From: Octopus sinensis
Lineage: Eukaryota
Length of the DNA: 64,000 nucleotides
Reading direction: 5' to 3'
NCBI RefSeq assembly: GCF_006345805.1
Contig: NC_043006.1
Span: forward strand, 87,110,001 to 87,174,000
Shown: piece after piece, positions 54,350-64,000 of the stretch
How the letters are laid out: every line of letters starts with the position of its first letter
How positions within the stretch are numbered: the first letter of the stretch is position 1
The notes under the pieces: generated by a model
Seen by the model: the letters and a program-made list of their open reading frames with translations, nothing else
Told to the model about the DNA's origin: nothing
The model's database searches: none
Position numbers and translations under genes: made by a program

Positions 54350-55470
54350 GTGAGACCATGTGGCTTGACAAGTCTTCTTAAGCACAGCATATTGCCAAAG
54401 GTCTTGGTCACTAGTCATTGCCTCTGTGAAGCCTAAAGTTTGAAGATCATGCCTCACCACCTCATCCCACATCTTCCTGGGTCTACCTCTACTACACATT
54501 CCCTCTACAGTTTGAGACTGGCACTTCTTTACACAGCTGTCCTCGTTCATACACATCCCATGACTATACCAGTGCAGTTGTCTCTTTTGCACGCCACATC
54601 CAACACCTTTTATGCCCAACTTTTCTCTCAAGATGCTTACACTCTGTCAAACATGCACACTGAAATTGCAGATCCAGTGAAGCATACTGGCTTCATTTCT
54701 TTCAAGCCTACACATGTCCTGATCTGTCACAGCCCATGTTTCACTGCCATGTAGCATAGCTGTTCATGCACAGGCATCATACAATCCGCCTTTCACTCTG
54801 AGGGAGAGGCCCTTTGCTGCCAGCAGAGGTAAGAGCTCTATGAACTTTGCCCAGCCTATTCATATTCACACAGCTATGCTCTCGGAGCAACCCCTTCCAC
54901 TTTTAACTTGGTCACCTAGATAATGGAAGCTATCTACTACCTCTATCTTACCCACCTGGCAGTTGATGGAATCTATTTTCTGTACATTTTCGGTGTTTAT
55001 TGTACCTGTGCATCTTCCATACACAAAATCTATTTTCGCTGTAAACTTTACTCTATTGCTGCAACTCTTATGCATCCAAAGCTTACACTGGGTACGTTTT
55101 ATGGAGTTTCTACATATGCCTTTTCCACAGATTGAGTAGGGCTGTCTACCTGAAGGGATTTGTGATTCTTCTGCCTTCCTGCTTGCTAAGACTTTGGTTT
55201 TTGCTAGATTAACTGCAAGGCCCTTTGATTCCTGGAACTTCCATACCTGGTCAATAGAATAGAGGACCTCCCGGGAGCAACCTGTCTTAAATTCCTCTGT
55301 TATTGCCTGGAGGATTATGATGAACAAGAAGGGGCTGAGCACTGATGCATGGCAAACCCCAACTCGTACCCTGAATTTTTCGCTGTACTCATTGCCAACC
55401 CTCACTTTACTGGTAGTGTCCCTGTACATGATTTGTATAGATCTCACCAACCACTCATCTATCCCTAGTT
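54350..55470 (-). mobile_element. 5'-truncated RTE-clade LINE (RT and C-terminal region), pseudogenised
   Basis: KLGIDEWLVRSIQIMYRD..KVRVGNEYSEKFRVRVGVCHASVLSPFLFIIILQAITEEFKTG; EVVDSFHYLGDQ; RQLHWYSH..GRPRKMWDEVVRHDL. Confidence 0.85.
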
Positions 55471-55498
55471 GAACGAAGATGTTATTAAAATTCTTTTA

Positions 55499-55581
55499 CT
55501 TTCGACATATGTTTCGAAGACAACATTGATTTTATTCCAAAGGAATAAATGGTGTAAAATGCAATCTTCTCATCAGGAAAG
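55499..55581 (-). ncRNA. Type I hammerhead ribozyme, complete canonical core with extended stem II
   Basis: Minus: CUUUC-CUGAUGA-GAAGA...UCUUC-GAA-ACAUAUGU-C^GAAAG; inner 8-bp hairpin UUUAUUCC/GGAAUAAA; GUC site between 55504 and 55503. Confidence 0.88.
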
Positions 55582-55767
55582 AAAGAGAGCCTATCTCAAC
55601 AACAAGACATTATAACAATTACGATAGCTGCATAAATGATAAACTGAACGTTATTAAGTATTTTTAAAAAAAAAAACCCTTAGTAGATTCAACGTCAAAG
55701 GCAGATATTAGAAAGAGAAGAGTTAAAGAAATAATAAGTAGAGAACAAATAAAGAGGGATACATTGA

Positions 55768-56399
55768 TTGAAAAAATGCATTTTACACTGTAAATGCTCT
55801 AGACTGCTTATAGAAAAACTTTTTCACAGGTACAAAGGGTTCAAGTTTAGTAGAAAGGAGGTCAGAAATGATGAGGGATGTGGGAGGGATAGAGACATCA
55901 AAACATCTGGGGTAGTTGAGAAAATTTGCAGGTTTCTGGATGAAGACCAGTGAATGTCTCTAAAGACAAAAAGCATACAGTTTAGAGTTGGTGTGGCAAC
56001 TGTGCACAGAATTATTTGTGAAGATTTGAACTTGCACAAAATTTGCACAAATCTTGTTCCCAGGGTGCACAGTGACAAGCATCCTGGTATCCAACTACAA
56101 GACGTCAAAACTGTCTCCCACTCTCAGTCCACACCTTGCTCCCTCTAACTTTTAGTTGTTCTCCAAGCTGAAGACGAACCTCAGGGACAGTTGTTTTGAA
56201 GATTAGGGAGGCTGTGACACTGTTCCCGGACAGCTTCAATTTGGAGGACTTCCATAGAGCCTTCACAAAGTAGCTGGTGTGCTACAAGAAACGTATTCAA
56301 GTCAGAGGATCCTACTTTTAAGAAGATTAGTTTTGCACTTGTTGGAAATTAGTAAATGACACCCTGAAAAATCTCAAAATTTCTGGAATGTCCCTCGTA
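55768..56399 (+). mobile_element. mariner-like transposon relic (internally deleted)
   Basis: RFLDEDQ..GVATVHRIICEDLNLHKICTNLVPR, CYKKRIQVRGSYFKED*, and 3' TIR ending ...TCCCTCGTA. Confidence 0.75.
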
Positions 56400-56426
56400 T
56401 ATGTGCATATATACACACACATATGC

Positions 56427-56463
<37 letters not shown>

Positions 56464-56557
56464 AATCCAAACATGAGCAAAGAGAAAACAACAACGTGAG
56501 GACATGGAATAAGTATAGTGTTATTGGACGCTCAGGAAAGGAAAGGAAAGAAGGAGG

Positions 56558-56592
56558 ATTTAACGTTTCGAGTGGAACTCTTCGTCAGAAAC
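56558..56592 (-). ncRNA. Minimal type I hammerhead motif (PLE-type)
   Basis: Minus: GUUU-CUGACGA-A-GAG UUCCA CUC-GAAACGUU^AAAU; palindromic AACGUU in place of stem III; one extra A after A9; weak 4-bp stem I. Confidence 0.65.
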
Positions 56593-57883
56593 ATAGAAAA
56601 AGGGAAGGTCCAAGGAAGGGAGGACAGAGAAAGAAAATCGCCAATGATACCCACACGGTCACATATTGAAATGACTGGAAGGGAATGGGTGAAGAAAAAG
56701 TACAAGAGGAGGTATGTGTGTGTATGTGTGGGTATGTGCATGCGCACAGGTCTGTGTATGTGTGTGTGTGTAATGATAGTACGTGTGTGTGTGTGTAATG
56801 ATTGCACGTGTGTGTGTAATGATAGCACGTGTGTGTGTGTGATTGTGGCTGTTTATCTATGTGTGTGGTTGGGCTTAGTATCCTTTAAGGTCATAGGAAA
56901 AATTTATAGTAAGAATTTTGGTAGGAGTGGCTGCCTGGTGTATGTCTACCTACACATGTGTGTAGGACAATGGTCAGTAGAAGGTACTGGTAGTTTGAAG
57001 TATGTGTGTGTGCGTGTATGTATATGTAGTGTATGTGTTTTGTTTGCAGTGTGTGTGTGTATGTATGTATGTGTGTTCATGTGTGTATGTATGTATATAC
57101 ATGTATGTACACACAAACGTATATGTAAGTAAGAATCTCAATTAAGAAGTGGGGCAATAATTAACTAAAATCAATGAAGAACAGTTGAGTAGGAAAATGT
57201 TTGGGAACGTCTCACTGATATGTGTCATAATATTTAGACACCTCCAATGCAACTGTTGTGATTAGCATTACGATGGTCATCCAGCCAGAGGGAATAGCAT
57301 GACTTATCAAATATGAATTCTTCACATAATTACACAACCTGAGATGTATGTAGAAAGAGAAATGAGGTGATTTGTTGCACATGGCTTTCTTACTAGAAAT
57401 AATGACATGAATTAAATGATCTCAGATGAGAAAATATGAATTTAGCTCATTAAATTCTGTCTTATATATTATGGTCAAGAAGCAGCTGAAAGTATGGTCC
57501 TTGCTAATTTGTGACATTCTATGTTACATAGGATTGGAACAGCAAACTGTTCTAAATATTGTAATATTGTAATAACAGGAATATTATAAAATTCAAGAGA
57601 GATGTGTTGGCTTATAGTATTGAATCCAACTCCATAGGAGTGGTATGGGATTCATCAGTCTGATTTTCCCAAGAGATACTGCCTGAGGACAAAGACTTTG
57701 GTCAACCACCTCATAGTCAAAAACTCAAGATGTACCTATGTTTGCTGCATGCTAGCTTCTTAAACTCTTTTGGACCAACCCACCTATGATTATTTATAGT
57801 TCTATTTTACAAAACTGCTTCTTTTAAATGGCTAATATTTATATTAAAACTATCTAACATAATCTTTATATATATATATGTAT

Positions 57884-57927
<44 letters not shown>

Positions 57928-57932
<5 letters not shown>

Positions 57933-58220
57933 AATCACGTGACCGACCAGACCATCAGATGTTGTTATGTATCGCTGGTCACAATGCGTTTGCATTGTTT
58001 TAGCCTTTGAATGACGCCACCCCTCTGGCTAAGTGACCAGGCCAACAGGAGAAAGAGTGGTGAAAGAATACAGCAGGGATCACCACCCCCTGCCGGAGCA
58101 TCATGGAGCTTTTTAGGTGTTTTTCGTTCAATAGACACTCACAACACCCGGTCTGGGAATCGAAACCGCGATCCTACGACCGCGAGTCCGCTGCCCTAAC
58201 CACTGGGCCAGTTGCACCTA
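57928..58220 (-). mobile_element. tRNA-head SINE (further family), well preserved
   Basis: Minus: TGGCCCAGTGGTTAGGGCAGCGGACTCGCGGTCGTAGGATCGCGGTTTCGATTCCCAGACCGGG; (CACGTGATTACGTG) tail. Confidence 0.8.
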
Positions 58221-58259
58221 CACACACACACATATATATTGTATATATATATATGTATA

Positions 58260-58299
<40 letters not shown>

Positions 58300-58365
58300 A
58301 TATATATTATATATATATATATATATACACACACACAAGAAAAAAGCAACAAGAATGGATTAGTT

Positions 58366-58456
58366 TTTCAGTACAATTGTTTCATACAAAGAACAGCTTT
58401 ATTAAAAGCTGCAAATATTGCAGCAAATACAAGTGTCCCGTACTATTCAGCCAAAA
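58366..58456 (-). ncRNA. Hammerhead motif with one core substitution (G8U)
   Basis: Minus: UUUUGG-CUGAAUA-GUAC...GUAU-GAA-ACAAUUGU-A^CUGAAA; all three stems pair. Confidence 0.55.
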
Positions 58457-58630
58457 CACATGTGAGTTTTCCAAACATCCTAGGGGGTGAGGCTACACTC
58501 ATGTAGTATCGAAGAGAGTTCTATAAAAAGCAAATTTAGATTGAAAGCAGACTTCCAAAGTTCTCTAATGATGCACAGTTTTATAAAAGGATTTAAAAAA
58601 GCTTGTTAGCTTCATAGAAAAAGTAAATCC

Positions 58631-58743
58631 ATCCATAATAATGTAGGTATAATTTCCGGAGATATGAGGAGATATTTCATACTCAGAGACAATGAATTTA
58701 TCCATAATAAAGTGGGTATAATTTCCTGATATATGAGAAGATG
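58631..58743. repeat. Short diverged tandem duplication (period 69 bp)
   Basis: ATCCATAATAA..GGTATAATTTCC.GA.ATATGAG.AGAT at 58631 and 58700. Confidence 0.65.
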
Positions 58744-59576
58744 CCGATCACACTTCTGTTCATTTCACAAAACTACTATGTTAGAATCATAATGGCTAAA
58801 AGAATTTAGTGGAGCAGAAAAACCGTCCAAATAGAGCATTATGGGACAACTGAGATGAAAGGGGTGTAAGTACACAACCTACACAGAATAGTCTATTTCT
58901 GTGGTGACAGAAAATCTAGGTTAGATTTGCAGGAATCTGAGATTTATAAAAGAAAACATTACTTTTGGCCAGCATACAGCTGTTAATTGCCAATCCTACA
59001 GATTTAAAGCAGATATAAGAATATAAAGAACAAGGGAAAGTAATATAGGGATCAAAGGCTATCAATAGAGGAAAATACATTAAGAGATTTAAGTGCAATA
59101 CTAGAAAGGAGGTCATTTAATTTATTTATTTATTATTGTTACTGTTTATACAAAGACAGACTTTAGGTCTATACCTAGAGGTCAATTAATTTCTATAGTA
59201 AAAGGTGTGAGAGTATTGCTTATTCAAAAAAAGTGAAAATCATAGTGAAAATTCTTTATACTATTATTAAGGGAGTAGCATTACTTATTTAAACTTATAA
59301 TAGAATTAAGAAGTATTAGCAACTTATTTGATCTAAGTTGGGTTACTTAAATTAGATTAAATTAAATTAACTATATAGTCAATTAAAATTTTTGGTAACG
59401 TACAAATACTATTTATTTCTTTGTGTTCCAAACCAGGTACATTTAGAAAGAAAGAACCACAGTGTAAGAGCTCGCAGATATCTATTTAAAATATATTAGA
59501 GTTTTGCTTTATTAGTAAAAGCAAGATAGACCTAGCTCCATACGATTATTCTATACGATTTTTATTTAAAATATTT

Positions 59577-60008
59577 AGGCGCAGGAGTGGCTGTGTGGTA
59601 AGTAGCTTGCTAACCAACCACATGGTTCTGGGTTCAATCCCACTGCGTGGCATCTTGGGCAAGTGTCTTCTGCTATAGCCCCGGGCCGACCAATGCCTTG
59701 TGAGTGGATTTGGTAGACGGAAACTGAAAGAAGCCTGTCGTATATATATGTATATATATATATATGTATGCGTGTGTGTGTTTGTGTGTCTGTGCTTGTC
59801 CCCCTAGCATTGCTCGACAACCGATGCTGGTGTGTTTACGTCCCCGTCACTTAGCGGTTCGGCAAAAGAGACCGATAGAATAAGTACTGGGCTTATAAAA
59901 AGAATAAGTCCCGGGGTCGATTTGCTCGACTAAAGGCGGTGCTCCAGCATGGCCGCAGTCAAATGACTGAAACAAGAAAAAGAGAAAAAGAGTAAAAGAG
60001 TAAGAGAG
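59577..60008 (+). mobile_element. SINE family A, full length, young
   Basis: Head AGGCGCAGGAGTGGCTGTGTGG to AAAGAG tail; many CpGs retained. Confidence 0.92.
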
Positions 60009-61465
60009 TCTTAATTTTTGCGTGAATACAAGATGGACCCAATTCTATACGGTTATTTAACAAATTCCTATTTTTTCTATGCCTTAGAATTTCATATGTC
60101 TCCATGGAGCAGAGTTGGCAACCAACCTTCATTTTGATAAGTTACATTGCATACAACGCTTCAGTAATGAAGATCTTAAACCTCCAAATTGTTAATTATT
60201 TAAAAATTAATTGAAACACATGAACAGCGTAATCTATTGCAAATACAGTTGCATAAGGTTTAAGCTAATATGAGAACTATCAAACTCTATAATGACAATG
60301 ATTATATATATATATATAATTGGATATAAAAGTAAAAGAAAGGACTCAATACCTAGTAGAATAATTTATTCAAAACTCTGGCTCCATTCCACAATCATTT
60401 GATATTTCCCATTTCAGCTTATGTGCAGCTAATCATCACTTGCAAGTGAGTACGACTTGGTAGCACGTACCTTGCTTTCACTAATTCTTTTTAGATGTCT
60501 TTTTAGTTAAGAAGCAGACATCTTCCTGGACCCCTCACTCTTGATCCAGTGAATACTCAGATTGTTTTAGATAGTGAGAGAATGATTACACCAGCATCTT
60601 GCTGGTATTCATTACGCTTAAGTAAACTGTAGCAATGTGAAACAAAGTGTCTTGCTCAAAGACACAATGTGCTGCTTGGGATTGGGACTGAACCCATGAT
60701 TTTATGGTCATCAGCTGAACTCCCCAACTGCTATGCCACACACCTTCAAATTTATATCAATAACTTTATGCATGTTTGTCTTGTGAACCACACTTAGATT
60801 TTATTGCAAATTTAAGCAATTTATATAAATTACTATATATATATAATGCCTCACCATAGAATGGTCTTTCTTTTAACATAAACCATTCAACCATGAAGTG
60901 AATGTAATGCCTGTACTTCACTTTGGCTAAGTGATGTTTGTAGGCATTTTTTGTCTCTTCTTTTTTTTTTGCCATTTTTTTTTTTGTGAGAATGACAGGT
61001 TTGTAAGGGAAAGGCAATTGGGAAATAGGAATATTGTTACTTTTCAACAGGTATTATCAATGCAATGGAAGTAAAAAACTTTAGTAAGAAATCAAAAGAA
61101 GATCAGAGACTCAGCTGTCTGAAAGTAATAAAATTGATTCAAATGATTAATCTTCTTGATGCTAGGTGTAGGCATGGCTGTGCAGTTAGGAAAAGATCGT
61201 TTTGCAACCCTATAGTGTCAGGTTCAGTTCCACTGCACAGCACCATGCATGTAGCTTCTACTATTGCCACAGACTGACCAATACTTTTTCAGTAGAATTA
61301 TTGATGGAAAACTGTAATGGAAGCCCATTGTACATGTGTGTGTATGTACGTATGTATGTATGTATGTATTGGTGTGTTAATGCAAGCAGAGTAGAACTCT
61401 CTCTCTCTATATATATATATATGTGTGTTTGTGTGTGTGTGTGCATGTATATATATATATATATA

Positions 61466-61869
61466 TCTTTATATATAAAAGTAAGGTTGTGTGCTGTCTG
61501 TCTCCTACGATTTAGATTCCTAGCTACTCCAAATTTTGCGGTGGTGTAGTTTAACAAAACAGGGTATCTTATAGTCGTGATTCATATCGAGGCCCTTCTG
61601 GGTTATTAGCGGCATTACAATGAGTCTACGATTTAAAAAAAAAAATTTACCATCAAATTTTTTTCCCATTTAATGCATTTTTGGCATATATAAGGAAGTA
61701 AGTAACTCTCAAAAATTTATTATTAAATCTCAGAACGTAAAAAGCTAAAGTAACACACCCCCCCCTTTGTGGTTAGCCATATTGAGATGGCCATTATACT
61801 TTACATCTCTAAAAATGCTTATATAGTATTTCCCTTACAAACCTGAGCAAAGCCGGGCGATACTGCTAG
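61466..61869 (+). mobile_element. Non-autonomous Helitron, copy 2, with canonical ends
   Basis: A|TC start at 61466, subterminal CCTGAGCAAAGCCGGG hairpin, CTAG|T end at 61869, no TSD. Confidence 0.85.
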
Positions 61870-62026
61870 TATATATATGTATATAAATATATGTATATAT
61901 ATATATATAGGTATATATATATATGTATATATATATATATTTATAAGGGTGAAAAGGAACACACGAGTTGATATATATGAAAAAACAAGTAAAAAATAGA
62001 AAATGCTAAAATAATTTTATAGTGAA

Positions 62027-62074
62027 CATTTCAGTACCGGTTTCGGTCATTTTGAGACCTTTTCAACTGTAACG
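62027..62074 (-). ncRNA. Minimal type I hammerhead with U3-A8 core in the PLE 3' repeat
   Basis: Minus: CGUUACAG-UUGAAAA-GGUC UCAAAAU GACC-GAA-ACCGGU-A^CUGAAAUG; stem I 7/8. Confidence 0.7.
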
Positions 62075-62420
62075 ATTAAATAATTAAATTTAGAAAAATT
62101 AGAAGAAAAGTTTTTTAAAAGAATATTTCTATAGTAGTGTTCAGATTTAAGTGGCATTCTGCCTTTCTCTGACTCCCTTGTTTGCACTTGTGTGTTCGAG
62201 GTAGTTGTGAGCTCTTGGTAGGGTAGTAGAGAGAAGGCTGGTGAGGAAAGGGGGGTGGGAGAATCTGGGAGTGCCCTGATAGTCGTATTTTGAATGGTCA
62301 GTGGCGGCTGGCAGTCTCAGTTCAATTCAGGAGAATATTTATATTGACAGGCTTCTTTATAGAATTAGCGTAGGTGTTATACTAAAAAACATTAGTGACA
62401 AAACTTAAGGGGTAGGGGGT

Positions 62421-62660
62421 GGAGAAGAAGAAGAAGAAGAAGAAGAAGAAGAAGGAGAAGGAGAAGGAGAAGATGAAGATGATGATGGTGATGGTGGTGA
62501 TGATTATGACGACGATGATGATGATAACGATGATGATGAAGAAGAAGAAGAAGAAGAAGGAGGAGAAGGAGAAGATGGTGGTGATGATGGTGGCGATGAT
62601 GATGATGCCGATGATGATGATAACGATGATGATGAAGAAGAGGAAGAAGAAGAAGAAGAA
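62421..62660. repeat. Compound (GAA)/(GAT)/(GGT) tract with higher-order duplication
   Basis: Two blocks each ending GATGATGATGATAACGATGATGATGAAGAAG. Confidence 0.9.
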
Positions 62661-62789
62661 AAAACAGAGAAGGGAGAATATGAATGTAAATATAGCTATG
62701 AAGGGGCTGATTAGTAATGGATTCTATTGAGTGTAGTATTTGTGTGTGTATATATATTTTTTTCTTTTATTCTAAAGTTGAGGTATATT

Positions 62790-64000
62790 AATTGTTTGTC
62801 GTAGACCCGTTAAGAAGTGGCTTGTATTTTGTAATAAAGAGATTTCTTTACTTATTCGTTGTCTCGAGGTTGTATCGTCCCTAAATTGGTAGAGGGGGAA
62901 AATTCTGAAGTTTGGTGTTTTTTTTGTTGGCGCAAGTATCTATGTGTTGGCTAAAAGCTATTTTTCTGTTTTGGGGAATTTTTATCTGGGATCTGTGCAG
63001 GGCATTCGTTTACGCAAACCATTTTTGTTTGGCCTATGTACTGCTCTTGACACCCGGAGCAGGTTAGTGAGTATATTAGGTTCTCCGAAGCACATGTGAA
63101 GTTGCTTTTCACTGTAAAACGTTGTCCCGTTTGAAGGAGAACTCAGAACCCTCGATTAGATAGTCGCATATCCCGCAATTGGGTCTTCCACATTTTTTTA
63201 CTGTCGGCTTCTGTGGGAAGAGTGAATTCGGGCTTGTGTAAGGAGACTTTTCATGGATCTAGGCTGTCTTTTGCTTTTTATGATCGTGTGTGTTTGGAGG
63301 ATTGTGTTCATTCTGTGGTCTTTTTTTAGGAGGGGTATGTTGTGGAGGATGGTGTCGAAGGCTTCGTTATTGAGAGGGTTGTGTGGTGGAGATGTATGGT
63401 AAGGCTTTTGGTTGTAAGTTTTTCTTTGATTTGGGATGTCTCAGTTCCTTGATGTTAAGTTGAAGGGCACGTTGAATGCATTTGTCAATAAGTGAAGGTG
63501 GATAGTTCCTGGTGATTAGGGTATCTTTTAGTTCTTGTAGTCGTGTGTCTCTGGTGTTTGCGTTAGAGACTATAGTGCATATCCTTTTTGCTAGATTGAA
63601 GGGGATATTCATCCTGGTGTGTCTGGGGTGGCATGAATTGAATGGAAGATATGCTTAGAGTCTGTAGGCTTATAGTATATGTCTGTTTCTATTATATTAT
63701 TAGCTTTCTTAATGAGGATATCGAGGAAGGGGAGTTGTTGTTGGCTATTCCATCATGAATTGGATGTTTACGTCCAGTCCGTTTAAAATTTTCTGGAATT
63801 CTATGAGTTTTTCTATATTTTTATGCCAAAGGATGAAACAGTCATCTAGATATCTCTTCCAGTTGTTTTCTATGTAGATGGAGAAAGGGCTGCCATATCT
63901 TTCTAGAACCTTACGATACAGACTGATCTCTAGGTATCCTATGACTAGGTTGGCAAAGGAGGGGGCCATTCGTGTACCCATCGCAGTCCCCGATTTTTGT
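62790..64000 (-). mobile_element. Penelope-like retroelement: RT (YLDD) + thumb + GIY-YIG endonuclease, frameshifted, continues beyond the window
   Basis: MGTRMAPSFANL..WKRYLDDCFILW; PFLDILIKK..TDIYYKPTD; IPFNLAKRICTIVS; CGRPNCGICD; LIYSLTCSGCQEQYIGQT; FRIFPLYQF..R..KE..FITKYKPLLN. Confidence 0.92.

Noticed and set aside
57620-57660. CTGATGA on minus followed by a hairpin
   Set aside because: No GAAA/stem III after the helix; the core bases themselves are paired.
58150-58220. tRNA gene
   Set aside because: The tRNA-like head lacks a complete cloverleaf and continues into a SINE body; the same holds at 47498 and for families A and B.
58780-59570. Possible mitochondrial insertion (NUMT)
   Set aside because: AT-rich composition only; I could not match any mitochondrial protein, rRNA or tRNA motif convincingly. 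BLASTN to cephalopod mtDNA would settle it.

Overview
Eukaryotic, very AT-rich, repeat-dominated DNA with no intact long protein-coding gene. The repeat families and dense (TA)n/(TG)n/(TAA)n microsatellites resemble octopus/cephalopod genomic DNA; this is inference from recalled repeat families, not a database search. Most listed ORFs are microsatellite artefacts. Recognisable content: several tRNA-head SINE families; decayed non-LTR retrotransposons (RTE, CR1-like, R4/Dong-like); four Penelope-like element (PLE) relics, including a young RT + GIY-YIG copy at the right edge; two non-autonomous Helitrons; a mariner relic and small MITEs. The main unexplained signal is RNA-structural. At least eight type I hammerhead ribozyme (HHR) motifs can be folded by hand, and the best-formed ones are all on the minus strand. 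One lies at the apex of a self-complementary 358-bp unit with 64-bp terminal redundancy (30840-31261), the footprint expected from a reverse-transcribed small circular RNA (retrozyme/viroid-like). Another, in the PLE 3' repeat, carries the compensated U3-A8 core, and two unrelated copies share a U4C core. All folds were done by eye and activity is untested. Two weak host-exon candidates on + are listed at low confidence.
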